This document shows positions 19,989 through 30,110 of a stretch of DNA of 64,000 nucleotides, piece by piece. A model generated the notes under the pieces. It made no database searches. It was not told the DNA's origin and worked only from the letters and a program-made list of their open reading frames with translations. The DNA is from Bacteroidales bacterium (GTDB taxonomy: Bacteria > Bacteroidota > Bacteroidia > Bacteroidales > NBLH01), in NCBI GenBank assembly GCA_050296515.1, contig JBNKRJ010000077.1, forward strand, positions 7,493 to 71,492, written 5' to 3'. Position 1 is the stretch's first letter, and each line of letters begins with the position of its first letter. The translations under genes and the position numbers were made by a program.

Positions 19989-20057
19989 GGTTATTTATTT
20001 TATAGTTAATACTCAACTTAGGGAACTTTATATAATAAGCAGGATTAAAACTTTTTT

Positions 20058-21506
20058 CTATATTCTATACAATTTATCCAATAAATTCTCCAATAAGTCA
20101 TTCACATTCCCCCTGTTACCCAGCGAAGCAGCAATTCCATACATTGCTGCCTGTTTATGAGAGCCACCATTTCCATCAGACAAACTTTTAGATATTGATT
20201 GGTTAGTGATTTTTTTAAATAAATTAGAAGGCAATACTTTTGACAGTCCTTTTGCCATAGCAACCTGAAAATCACTAGATTGCTTATCTTTCATCAATTG
20301 CCTGCGGTTGCTAACAATGTTTTTTAATTCGGTCAGAAACTCATCAGCTTTTCCAATATTCCCAGCTGATATTGTCATTTGTAAACTATCAGGAAATTGT
20401 AAACGATTTAAAAACCATCCTTTTTCTTCAAGGGCATCTGCTATATTGAAAATATCACCTTTTACTGAAGTAAAGGAAAAAACACTCATATCCGGATGAC
20501 CTGTTATCACCAGGTTTGGAATGCTTTCAATACCATTGATTATTTTTGAGGTTTCCGTCATAACTGATTTAACCATTTGCTGATACCCCTCCCTTCCTAA
20601 TAACTTCAGAATAGCCCATGTACCAGCCAGGACACCTCCTCCCCTCGTTCCAGACAACCCTGGTGATGCGAAAATTCCCCCGGACCAATTTGGATAAATA
20701 AAAAATTGCTTTTTCCGAAGCTCTTTATTCCTGTAAAGAATAACAGAAATGCCCTTTGGGGCATAACCGTATTTATGAGGATCAAGGGAAATACTGGTAA
20801 CACCCTGAATATCAAAATCAAAACTTGGAATGTTATAACCTAAATCCTTCATAAAAGGCAAAACAAATCCACCTAAACATGCATCAACATGAAATAAGAT
20901 ATTCTTTTCTACAGCTAGTTTTGCAATTTCTTCTACCGGATCAATAACCCCATGAGGATACGATGGCGCAGAACAAGCTATTAATATGGTATTTTGATTA
21001 ACTGCCTGCTTTATCTTTTCAACATCTGCTCTCTTATCTTCCCTTACAGGAACCATCACTGGTTGTACATCTAAATAATGACAGGCTTTCAGAAAAGCAG
21101 GATGAGCACTTTCAGGAATAATTAACTCAGGAGTTCTTATTTCCGGATTAGTTTTTCTGTTTATATCACGAGCTGTTTTAACTGCCATCAGTATACTTTC
21201 CGTACCGCCGGAAGTTACATTTCCAACCACCTCATCATTACCATTTAATAGTTCTGCTGCTATGGCAACAATTTCTGTTTCAAATTTTCGTAATGAAGAA
21301 AACCTTAACGGATTTAATGCATTATCGTGGGAGAACTTTTGTGCAATTTCTGAAACGGTTTTTGCTATTTTTTCACCTGGATGATAGACAAATCCATACA
21401 TTTTCCCTGATTCCCATTTAACATCCTGTTCTTTCAATTGTTCAATTTGATTTAACAATTGGTCTTCAGACAATCCTTTTAAAGGAAAAAGTGCTTTTTC
21501 AATCAT
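20058..21506 (-). CDS. Sphingosine-1-phosphate lyase-like PLP enzyme (group II decarboxylase fold)
   Basis: TSGGTESILMA, SAPSYPHGVIDP, HVDACLGGF, DPHKYGYAPKG, WSGGIFASP..SGTR, C-terminal AAMYG. Confidence 0.82.
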   Translation of the reverse strand: MIEKALFPLKGLSEDQLLNQIEQLKEQDVKWESGKMYGFVYHPGEKIAKTVSEIAQKFSHDNALNPLRFSSLRKFETEIVAIAAELLNGNDEVVGNVTSGGTESILMAVKTARDINRKTNPEIRTPELIIPESAHPAFLKACHYLDVQPVMVPVREDKRADVEKIKQAVNQNTILIACSAPSYPHGVIDPVEEIAKLAVEKNILFHVDACLGGFVLPFMKDLGYNIPSFDFDIQGVTSISLDPHKYGYAPKGISVILYRNKELRKKQFFIYPNWSGGIFASPGLSGTRGGGVLAGTWAILKLLGREGYQQMVKSVMTETSKIINGIESIPNLVITGHPDMSVFSFTSVKGDIFNIADALEEKGWFLNRLQFPDSLQMTISAGNIGKADEFLTELKNIVSNRRQLMKDKQSSDFQVAMAKGLSKVLPSNLFKKITNQSISKSLSDGNGGSHKQAAMYGIAASLGNRGNVNDLLENLLDKLYRI

Positions 21507-21522
21507 TTTCTATTAGTTTATA

Positions 21523-22650
21523 TTATTTTAATATCCATGCAACAGCCAATCCTAAGTAGTTTCCAATAGCATATCCAAGCAGTCCCATAATAATTCCAAA
21601 GGCAATCAATTTTTCATTCTTAATAGCACTGGCTACTGGTCCAATAAAAGCAGGACCAAAAATGGCAGCTGTAGAAGTAATAATTAAAGTATCAGCATCA
21701 ATTCGAAAAATAAATGCCAATAGTAAATGAACCAGAACTGCAGCCAGAACCACAAAACCACAATAAGAAAATAAGACTGAACCGGAAGCCAGTAATTCTG
21801 ACAAATCAGCCATTGCCCCCATGCTTAATGCAAAAATCATAAGTAAATATTCAGCTGACTGATACGTGCATGCCAGGCGTTTTACCTTTTTTGAAAACGA
21901 TGCCAGGATACCCAGACTAGTTATTCCTAAAATGATTATCTGAGGTGACATTTTTCCGACCAATGCAATTGAAAAAGCTATTGAAATTCCTAAAATGAGA
22001 ATTGCAAGCAGTAGACTTATGATTATTGATTTTGTAATCCAATTTTGATCAACGGGTTCACTTTCATCGTTATTAAAAACCTCATCATTTCTATTGTTAT
22101 TAGTAAATTTTGGAAGAAAAAACTGATATGCTTTTTGGGCAAGTGTCAGCAGGAAAATGAAATACAGACCGCTAAAGACAATATCGGCACTATTGAGTAA
22201 TATAAATACCTCTTCTTCTACTTCAAGAGCAATTCCAATAGCACTCATATTAGGCGTTCCGCCCGAATAAACTCCTATCATCATTCCTGACACTTTCCAT
22301 GAATCAGGAAACTGATTTTTAAAAATAAAAAATACAATGATGGAACTTATAACAACGCTAATAATGCCAAGTAGAAATGAGGATAATCCGGATTTTATAT
22401 ACCTTGACCATTTTACAAAATCGGAAGAAAACAATAGTAATGGAATGGCAAGACAAATACTTATTTCTGTTGTGGTTTGCAATAGGTTTTTATCAAGTTC
22501 TAAAGAAAGATTACCTATAATCAATCCTATCATATAGCAAATAACAATGGCCCCCAACCATTTTATGATTTTAACTTTCTTTTCAGCTCGTTTTAAAAGC
22601 CATGGGAAACTTAAAAAACAAATCATTATCAGTAAACTTAATGCTTCCAT
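21523..22650 (-). CDS. DUF819-family integral membrane protein
   Basis: About 10 TM helices; GVYSGGTPN, TSTAAIFGP, GLLGYAIGNYLG. Confidence 0.8.
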   Translation of the reverse strand: MEALSLLIMICFLSFPWLLKRAEKKVKIIKWLGAIVICYMIGLIIGNLSLELDKNLLQTTTEISICLAIPLLLFSSDFVKWSRYIKSGLSSFLLGIISVVISSIIVFFIFKNQFPDSWKVSGMMIGVYSGGTPNMSAIGIALEVEEEVFILLNSADIVFSGLYFIFLLTLAQKAYQFFLPKFTNNNRNDEVFNNDESEPVDQNWITKSIIISLLLAILILGISIAFSIALVGKMSPQIIILGITSLGILASFSKKVKRLACTYQSAEYLLMIFALSMGAMADLSELLASGSVLFSYCGFVVLAAVLVHLLLAFIFRIDADTLIITSTAAIFGPAFIGPVASAIKNEKLIAFGIIMGLLGYAIGNYLGLAVAWILK

Positions 22651-22932
22651 TTTTCCTCTTGTTTTAATGAACTTAAAATTTCACACGTTTAAATTTTAGT
22701 TAAGTGTTCGAAATTTAACCATATCCTTGTTGTGGCGCGATTATTCGCTTTGCTCATGAGATCACTACGTTAAGTTAGATTTCTTATTAAGTCCCTCAAT
22801 GAAGGTTTCATAGAATAAATTTACGACAAGATCAAACAGACTGATAATTGAAAATTTCTGACAACCTGATGTTTCAGGCAAATTTCAATAAAAAGGTAAG
22901 GGATTAATATTTGATAAAATCAATCCAAGTAA

Positions 22933-22944
22933 TATTTGCAAATA
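22933..22944. promoter_or_regulatory. Perfect palindrome, candidate operator in the divergent intergenic region
   Basis: TATTTGCAAATA. Confidence 0.35.
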
Positions 22945-23023
22945 GATTCAAATAATTGGGATTTTTTACTAATTAATAGGACCGGGTATTGCCTCACTTT
23001 GCATTTTTTCATAAATTTATTCA

Positions 23024-24019
23024 ATGAAGAATATAGAGGATAGTATACAAATCCTACTATTTCAAAAAATCAGTGATCAACTACCTTCACACATCTCTTT
23101 AGTAGATGAGATTTCAGAAATACTCGAAATTACTGCTGATAGTGCTTACCGCAGAATCAGGGGTGACAAGCCATTATCAATATACGAAGTCCGAAAGTTA
23201 TGCAATAACTATCGAATTTCTTTTGATGATATGGTAAATACGGGTGTGGATGCAATTACTTTTCGATCAAACTTGCTTGAAGAGGAGACATTTTCTTTCA
23301 AAAATTTTCTTGAAACCATGCTCAAACATTTTCAATTCTTTGAGCAAAATAGTACAGCAGAAATTGTTTTTATACTGAATGAATTAAATATTCTGCAACT
23401 AATGCAGTTCCCTGATTTATTTGCCTTTAAATTATTTTTCTGGCAAAAATCAAACTTGGGTTTTCCAGGTTACAAAGAAAAGCTTTTTTCTATGGCCTCA
23501 CTGGAGGAAAACAAATTAGCAGCAGAAATTAGTGAGCATTATGTAAAAATAAAAACCATTGAGCTTACTACAGAGGAAAGTTTGAACAGTTTTCTTAAAC
23601 AAATCCTATTTTACCACGAAGCTGGTTTTTTTGAATCAAAAGAAGATGCTAAAAACCTATGCAAAAGGCTGCTTGATCTTACCGATCACTTAAAAAGACA
23701 GGCAGAATTAGGTTTCAAGTTTAAATTTGGAAGTACCGCTTATGGAGAAGAAGGCAATTTTATGTTATACTATAACGATATTATTCTGACAGATAACACC
23801 ATTTTAGTCGCAGCGGGAAATAATAAAATATCATTTGTAACCAATAACGCAATTAATCTTTTATACACTTTTAACAAGAATTTCTACGACTACAATTACC
23901 AATGGTTCAATAATATAAAGCAAAAATCCTCTTTAATAAGTGGTGTTGCAGAAAGAGAACGAAGTAAGTATTTTATCACGCTACGCAAAAAAGTTCAGTA
24001 TGTTATTGATAATATTTAG
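23024..24019 (+). CDS. Bacteroidota HTH-domain transcriptional regulator
   Basis: SLVDEISEILEITADSAYRRIRGDKPLS HTH; FAFKLFFW motif. Confidence 0.8.
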   Translation: MKNIEDSIQILLFQKISDQLPSHISLVDEISEILEITADSAYRRIRGDKPLSIYEVRKLCNNYRISFDDMVNTGVDAITFRSNLLEEETFSFKNFLETMLKHFQFFEQNSTAEIVFILNELNILQLMQFPDLFAFKLFFWQKSNLGFPGYKEKLFSMASLEENKLAAEISEHYVKIKTIELTTEESLNSFLKQILFYHEAGFFESKEDAKNLCKRLLDLTDHLKRQAELGFKFKFGSTAYGEEGNFMLYYNDIILTDNTILVAAGNNKISFVTNNAINLLYTFNKNFYDYNYQWFNNIKQKSSLISGVAERERSKYFITLRKKVQYVIDNI

Positions 24020-24061
24020 AGTGTATTAATTTTGTGTGAATCAAAATTCAAAACTTTTCAA

Positions 24062-24595
24062 ATGCACAAGATCATTTATTCAGTATTCCTATTTCTGATC
24101 CTTTTCAATGCCTGCAAAAACAATAAAAATCAACTCGCTGATAATGAAACGATAAACACTTTAGATTCGCACCTGTTGGTCAAAAATTCTTATGTTAAAA
24201 TACCCATGAAACAACTCAAAAGCGGGCATTTAAGTTTAGTTGCAAAGGTTAATAAGGTAAAAGGAAGGTTTATTTTAGATACTGGTTCCAGCTCAACAAT
24301 TATTGACAGAAGGCTCCGAAAAAAATTCAGGCTTATAACCCAGGAAACTCCTAAAATTGCCAAAACAGCTGGTGGCTCTCAGTTAAGCATGAAAGTTTCC
24401 CTGGATAACATATTCGAGTTTGAAAAGCTAAAGCTAAGAAATGTGAAAATATCACTTGTTGATCTTAAGCACATTAACTATTCATTTCAAAGCATGGGAA
24501 TGCTCCGACTGGATGGGATTATTGGCTCGGACATTTTAAAAGACAGGAAAGCTGTTATTGACTATGAAAACCTGGTTATTTACTTAAAAAAATAG
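24062..24595 (+). CDS. Retropepsin-like (clan AA) aspartic protease lipoprotein
   Basis: FILDTGSS, DGIIGSDIL; lipobox FNAC. Confidence 0.85.
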   Translation: MHKIIYSVFLFLILFNACKNNKNQLADNETINTLDSHLLVKNSYVKIPMKQLKSGHLSLVAKVNKVKGRFILDTGSSSTIIDRRLRKKFRLITQETPKIAKTAGGSQLSMKVSLDNIFEFEKLKLRNVKISLVDLKHINYSFQSMGMLRLDGIIGSDILKDRKAVIDYENLVIYLKK

Positions 24596-24713
24596 ATGTT
24601 GCACTATTCTGAAGAGTTGACAATTTATTTCATGATTTTTTGATCTAAATAATCCTTAACAGCTCAACTGTCCTGTTCTTTTCCTCTCAAACCAATTTTC
24701 ACTTTGAAAGTTC

Positions 24714-25181
24714 TTAAGCGATTACAGAGAACTTCAAAACTTTGGGTTTTACTAATTTTGCAAAATCCTTGTAGGCCAATCGAATCAGTTCAACATGGGA
24801 GCCTGCATTAAAAGCAATTTCTTCATCCTCGGCAAGGCTTTCAGCAACATATACATCCATTCCATATAGATTACCAAATGGGGGCATAGCACCTACTTCG
24901 CATTGAGGAAAAATATCTTTAAACTCCAATTCATTTGCAAGCACTACCTTTTTGGCTCCAATACACACCCTTAACTCCTCAAAATTAACATGATACGAAG
25001 CTGGTAAAACTGCCATTGCCATTTTACCGTCCACCTTAATCATCACAGTTTTAGCAAGTTCTTTTCCGGGGATGTGTGTTGCTGCTGCAATTTTTTGTGC
25101 TGTATAGGCCTTAGAATGGCGTATTGAGATGTACTCAATCCCATTTTTGTCTAAACACTCTTTCAATTTTTGTATGGGCAT
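24714..25181 (-). CDS. YbaK/EbsC-family aminoacyl-tRNA deacylase
   Basis: HSKAYTAQ, LAKTVM, CEVGAMPPFG, FNAGSH. Confidence 0.9.
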   Translation of the reverse strand: MPIQKLKECLDKNGIEYISIRHSKAYTAQKIAAATHIPGKELAKTVMIKVDGKMAMAVLPASYHVNFEELRVCIGAKKVVLANELEFKDIFPQCEVGAMPPFGNLYGMDVYVAESLAEDEEIAFNAGSHVELIRLAYKDFAKLVKPKVLKFSVIA

Positions 25182-25440
25182 GTCAACCTCCTTTTTTATA
25201 GTTTATTAACAAATAGTGAAATTTACTACAAGTTATGACAAAAGTTAATATGGCTGTGCATAATTGCCCAAATTATCTCCTGTTTTTCGTCTAAAAAGTC
25301 AAGTTAAAGCTTCTGTTTAAAATCAACTCAAAACTAAGGACTTATACTTGACTTTGTCCTGTATTTTTCGTAAATTGAGAGAATAAAAGCACAAGTCAAT
25401 CACTTGGTAGATAACCAATTAACGATTTAAAACAAGAGCA

Positions 25441-25923
25441 ATGAAACGGTTTGATAAAAATGGAATGTTAATCATTCCAACACCCGAAGATGTAAAAGTC
25501 TCCCTGGAAGCAGAAGAAATCCTCGTTGTAAAAGAATGTTATTGTCCAAAAGGACACAACCTTGTAAGCCCAAAAGCATTTTTTAATGACTTGCCAGGTA
25601 TTTATCTAAAAGTAATTAATTCAAAAAACAAGGCAGGGTTTATCGCTTTAAGTCCCATCTACGGACAAAAACAAAGAATAAGCCTTGAAGTTGATTTAAT
25701 AAAAGGTGAAACAGTTCGTGTATTTTGTCCACATTGTGATATTGAACTTCCAATTTTTGCAGATTGCACAACCTGTAAAACAGGAAAACTTATCGCCTTG
25801 TTTCTTGATCAAAAAGCCAGCTTTAAAAACTGCCTTGCTGTTTGTAATATTATTGGCTGCACAAGTGCCTCAATTCACTCAGGTGAAGATGTCTTAAAAG
25901 AAATCAGGTATTTGATTGCCTAG
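25441..25923 (+). CDS. Cys-rich hypothetical protein, probable Zn-binding
   Basis: CPKGH, CPHC, CTTC and CNIIGC motifs. Confidence 0.65.
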   Translation: MKRFDKNGMLIIPTPEDVKVSLEAEEILVVKECYCPKGHNLVSPKAFFNDLPGIYLKVINSKNKAGFIALSPIYGQKQRISLEVDLIKGETVRVFCPHCDIELPIFADCTTCKTGKLIALFLDQKASFKNCLAVCNIIGCTSASIHSGEDVLKEIRYLIA

Positions 25924-25942
25924 TAAATGAAATTCTAGAATT

Positions 25943-28366
25943 TCATTTACTGCCAAAGATAGACTTTAGCATATTGCCATTCTTTTTCACTTTGGTGTTT
26001 TGAAAAACTCTTGTGGTATAATACATTCTCTTGCTTGCCCGGCCGGAGGTTCTTGCACCTACTTTCCAGTCGCCAGGCGTAGGGTTATCAATAACATAAT
26101 ATGCAGTTCCTGTGGATGCATCAACATTCCACTTTATAGATGAAACCTTTGAATTCACCAATACTCCATTTGGATTTTTAAGTTGCATTAAAACATTGAT
26201 ATTTTTCGTAAATGCATCGGCACATGCAAGCTGAAAAATAGCCTTTGTAGTACCTTCATTTATTGTAACTATAGTATCAGGTACAAAAGTTGAATCCGTC
26301 CGTTCCTTTATTGCAGGGATATAATTACTAAATGTATTTACTCCCTCCATCTCAAAGAATGGTGAATCCTTTTTTGAAATGTCAAATTCGACCAAAGCAG
26401 TTTGCATATGATTAAACTTAAAACTACCCAGGTAAATCGAGAATTTCTTTTCGGGAATATACAAATAAACTTTATAGGTCCCTTCTGCCATGTCCGAAAC
26501 ACATTCTTCAATTGATGCAGGCTTTTTTACATAATAATAAGAAATGTAATCATCTGAAACAAAAGGATTTCTGTTCATATATCCTTCAACATCAGGATAA
26601 AGTTTTATAACATCTTCAAGTTCGTTTGCATCAGCAAATCTTTCTTTTCCTTTCGCAGAAGATAGCCTGGGAGTAAGTAAGAGTGTTTTATTCACTTTAT
26701 TTTTCAGCACAACCAACTCATCCCACTCACCTAACTCTTTTTTCCAATCGTATTTCTTGTTTTTCAGCAATCTTATACTAAATACACCTTGTTTTAAATT
26801 AACATCTTCAAGTTTCTTCTTCAAAAACAGCTTATTGGTACTCATCTTAACATAACCATCTATCTGCTTATTGCCATATAAGTAATATTCAAAGCCTTTA
26901 ACATCTTTGGTGAAATAAGCATTAGCAAAATCCGCCAAAAATTTATTGTTTCTATCAAAATCGAACTTGCTCCAACAGCCTCTTCCATCATCATGATTCG
27001 CATTAATAAGCGCATACCTTATTTTATAATCCATTAGTGAAGCGCTACTCATTGCAACAATCCCATCAGTCTGACCTTCAGCTTCGTTATGTACCATTTT
27101 AGGAAGCCTGTATTTTTTTTGAGTAGTGCCAATCAGAACAAAATAATCATCTGAAATGAAATTATCGTCATCTAAACTTGGAATTTTTCGGTTATGAAGA
27201 TTGTAGAAAAAATCGCTTCCAAAAGAAAGGTCCTTTATACTTGGTGCTTCTCTATCAAAACCTAAAAGTTGAAAAACATGTCCTTTGCCCGTTCTGTATT
27301 GTTTATTTCCTCCTAAAGACCCATGAATTGGAGGTTCAATTAACAATACTTTATTTACATTTTTTTTCGCATTAAAATATGGTGAAGTAATCAACTCCAT
27401 AGCAGCAAGCCCCCCCATACTATGCGTCAGAATATCCACCTTCTTTTCGTAATAGTTTCTGAGATACTCAACATGATATTTCAACCAGCGTGCTATAAAG
27501 TCGATGTTGGCATCATAAGGATAATACACCTGCCAACCATCATAGACATTTGATTTATTAAAATGTCTAACCTGCATCCACCAGTATGATGTTTCGTTAT
27601 CTTCAGGTTTTGCTTTTGAATAGTTATTATATTTTCCTGTAAGCCCATGTACAAAAAGCACTGGTGCCTTATTGGATTTTGAGGTCGGAAACTTATTTCC
27701 GATCGATTGTTTGGATGCATTATAAGAATCAGGAGGAATCAACATTGTAACAGGATATTCGCCTTTGTTAAAGTAGGTCCATTTCCCACCAAATAAACCA
27801 GCCCAATAAGGACTTTCTTTAGAAAAAGGAAAATGCTGGTGCATCTCATTATCAAAACAATCAAATTTACTATTATGTAGAATTAAAATAACTTGCCTTA
27901 GGTACTTACCTTCCTTTTCAGGAAGATATTCGTAAGTAATATGTCCGATTAAATTCTTATTTGCATCAAAAAGTACTAAATAGTCAATTCTTCTCTCAGT
28001 AGAACCTTCTTTCACAGCAAAACTATCCAGCCTAAAGTAATTATCTTTTGGATCTTTCATGAATAGCTGCGGAGCCTTTAGTTTTCCATCATCAAAGTCT
28101 TCGCCCCTGCTCCAACCAACGTACTTTACCATATTGGTACCTGCAGTTTCAATTAGTTTTATGGTGATTTGATGTGTTGCAGTATCATTAATCAGAGAGC
28201 CTGACGGAAAATTTGCAGGTTTCACTACCTGATTAAAAATTATCAAAAAGGAAATTAGCAAACTGTATTTAAAAATCCGGAAAAAAGTAAATTTCTCTTT
28301 TAATCTTTGAGGTGAAATTTGATGCAGCATCATATTAAAACAGTTGATTATAACAGGATTAAACAT
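25943..28366 (-). CDS. Secreted alpha/beta hydrolase (PGAP1/lipase-like); start uncertain
   Basis: VLFVHGL, THSMGGL nucleophile elbow, PPIHGS, TDGIV, NHDD; C-terminal PPC-like NPTPGDWKV. Confidence 0.78.
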   Translation of the reverse strand: MFNPVIINCFNMMLHQISPQRLKEKFTFFRIFKYSLLISFLIIFNQVVKPANFPSGSLINDTATHQITIKLIETAGTNMVKYVGWSRGEDFDDGKLKAPQLFMKDPKDNYFRLDSFAVKEGSTERRIDYLVLFDANKNLIGHITYEYLPEKEGKYLRQVILILHNSKFDCFDNEMHQHFPFSKESPYWAGLFGGKWTYFNKGEYPVTMLIPPDSYNASKQSIGNKFPTSKSNKAPVLFVHGLTGKYNNYSKAKPEDNETSYWWMQVRHFNKSNVYDGWQVYYPYDANIDFIARWLKYHVEYLRNYYEKKVDILTHSMGGLAAMELITSPYFNAKKNVNKVLLIEPPIHGSLGGNKQYRTGKGHVFQLLGFDREAPSIKDLSFGSDFFYNLHNRKIPSLDDDNFISDDYFVLIGTTQKKYRLPKMVHNEAEGQTDGIVAMSSASLMDYKIRYALINANHDDGRGCWSKFDFDRNNKFLADFANAYFTKDVKGFEYYLYGNKQIDGYVKMSTNKLFLKKKLEDVNLKQGVFSIRLLKNKKYDWKKELGEWDELVVLKNKVNKTLLLTPRLSSAKGKERFADANELEDVIKLYPDVEGYMNRNPFVSDDYISYYYVKKPASIEECVSDMAEGTYKVYLYIPEKKFSIYLGSFKFNHMQTALVEFDISKKDSPFFEMEGVNTFSNYIPAIKERTDSTFVPDTIVTINEGTTKAIFQLACADAFTKNINVLMQLKNPNGVLVNSKVSSIKWNVDASTGTAYYVIDNPTPGDWKVGARTSGRASKRMYYTTRVFQNTKVKKNGNMLKSIFGSK

Positions 28367-28430
28367 TAACCAGCAAATATATTAAGTTATAAAATTTGTT
28401 AGAAATACTATAACATTTCTTAACTAAACT

Positions 28431-29078
28431 TTAACTTAATTTAGCTATTAATCCTACGAGATGTTTTATTGCCAAATTTCTGTTAGTGTAAAAATTTGAC
28501 TTGTAGCCATTTCTACCAACAATTACATTTAATCTTTGGAAAATATCGTTTCCCAAAACAAAATCACAATTTGACTCCTTAAGTAGGTGTTGAGATAATT
28601 CCAAGGTTTCCTGCCTTGGAACATTTGAAGCGGTCTTAAACCCAACAACGAAGATATCAGGTCGTTGCAGTTTTATACTTGAAATCAGTTTGTCTGATTT
28701 CGTCAGTAGCATTTTAATATCACCATCCCGGCTTTTTAATCTGGGTTGATTTTTCCCACTATTGGTTAGTTCGTCATGTTCAATAACATGTGCATTAAAA
28801 TCACACAAGGCTACAGGCAGAAAAATCACGTCACTATCAGGGTCAAAACATATATTCTCGATAAGTACTTTTACATCCTCGCTTGTTTCAATTTCAGATT
28901 TTCCTCCACTGGCCATTTTAGTCAAATGCAGGTTTATTTTAAACTGCTGATTATCAAATAAACTATCACACTCCTGAGCAATCTGCTTAGCAGTTGAACC
29001 ATATGCAACGGCTGAAATGGCTAAATGAGGACGAACATGAAAAACTGTGCCACCTCCAATTATGTGAATACCCTTCAT
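28431..29078 (-). CDS. Stand-alone CoaB-like (DFP C-terminal) domain protein
   Basis: GGGT, ALCDF, FVVGFKT, FVLGND motifs; no CoaC flavoprotein domain. Confidence 0.7.
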   Translation of the reverse strand: MKGIHIIGGGTVFHVRPHLAISAVAYGSTAKQIAQECDSLFDNQQFKINLHLTKMASGGKSEIETSEDVKVLIENICFDPDSDVIFLPVALCDFNAHVIEHDELTNSGKNQPRLKSRDGDIKMLLTKSDKLISSIKLQRPDIFVVGFKTASNVPRQETLELSQHLLKESNCDFVLGNDIFQRLNVIVGRNGYKSNFYTNRNLAIKHLVGLIAKLS

Positions 29079-29085
29079 TCCAATA

Positions 29086-30075
29086 CTAATCGAAGTACTC
29101 GTATTTGTAGAAATATTTAGACCTGTATTTTTCCGAATATTTAATGTCAGAACTTACCAAACGGTTATTTTCATATATTTCTATGCATAAATAATCTCTT
29201 TTCTTTGTAGTGATACTTTTAAGCTTATTTTGCTTATTATACTCTCGTTCAATTGTAAACTCTGTGCAATCTATACTTTGAGGCTCATTGTTTTTTTCAA
29301 GACAGTCTTTGACTTCTTTAACCAAAATCCCACCATCATTGTATTCAAAAAAATGATTCAAAATTTGCTTCTTTGAGTTTGCAGGAAATAACTTTTTGGT
29401 GCTAATCATTCCCTTGGAATTATAAGTGTATATTTCTTCAAAATTCTCTTTTTTGATTAGTTTGGAACCTTTAAGTTTTTCAATAAGCGTTTCGGATTTC
29501 ATTTCAGAAGCTTCACCAGGTTCTTCTAAATCAAAGTACTTGATTTCGATATTTCTTTGTGATAAAAGTTTATTCTTATCAAAGTTAAAAGTTTCGGTTT
29601 GAATCTTGCTTTCCCCCATTCCTCCTGCAATATAAAAAGTAGATATTTTAACTACGTCACTCTTATCATCCAATTCCTTCACCGTTTCTGAGTAAAATCC
29701 CATGGCCTGATTCTTTTCAATTTCATAACCATCTGGATAAGAATAGGTAGCTATACCATTAGCAAAACTTTCGCCATAAAGTGCTTCTTTTTCAATAAGC
29801 CTGCCTTTATCATCATATTTATAATTTAAATGAATGTGATAATCAGGCTGTTCATCTTTAATAACCTTTCCGTTTTTATTGAATTCAACGATTCTATTCA
29901 GATATGATGTATCCTGTTTAGCAACAACCTCATACACCAAAACTCTTTTTACATTTTTATCAGGTTTTTCTACAAAATATTCATTTTCCTGAGCAGCAAG
30001 TGTATAAAAACTAAGAAACATTTTCACAAAAAACAATAGAGCTAAATGTCTAGTCCTAAATCTCATAACCTCCAT
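29086..30075 (-). CDS. Secreted hypothetical protein with YD-like repeats
   Basis: Signal peptide; YKYDDKGRL, YTYNSKGMI, FEYNDGGIL, REYNKQNKL. Confidence 0.65.
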   Translation of the reverse strand: MEVMRFRTRHLALLFFVKMFLSFYTLAAQENEYFVEKPDKNVKRVLVYEVVAKQDTSYLNRIVEFNKNGKVIKDEQPDYHIHLNYKYDDKGRLIEKEALYGESFANGIATYSYPDGYEIEKNQAMGFYSETVKELDDKSDVVKISTFYIAGGMGESKIQTETFNFDKNKLLSQRNIEIKYFDLEEPGEASEMKSETLIEKLKGSKLIKKENFEEIYTYNSKGMISTKKLFPANSKKQILNHFFEYNDGGILVKEVKDCLEKNNEPQSIDCTEFTIEREYNKQNKLKSITTKKRDYLCIEIYENNRLVSSDIKYSEKYRSKYFYKYEYFD

Positions 30076-30110
30076 ATTAAATGTTTAAAAATGAAATTTT
30101 GAAGATGAAG

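Noticed and set aside
22651-23023. Possible riboswitch or third REP-like hairpin (GTGGCGCGATTATTCGC) in the long leader
   Set aside because: No known aptamer consensus, and the stem does not fit the 11-bp/3-nt geometry.
25943-28366. T6SS lipase effector (Tle)
   Set aside because: Has a signal-like N-terminus, lies 16 kb from the T6SS genes and has no adjacent immunity or VgrG gene.
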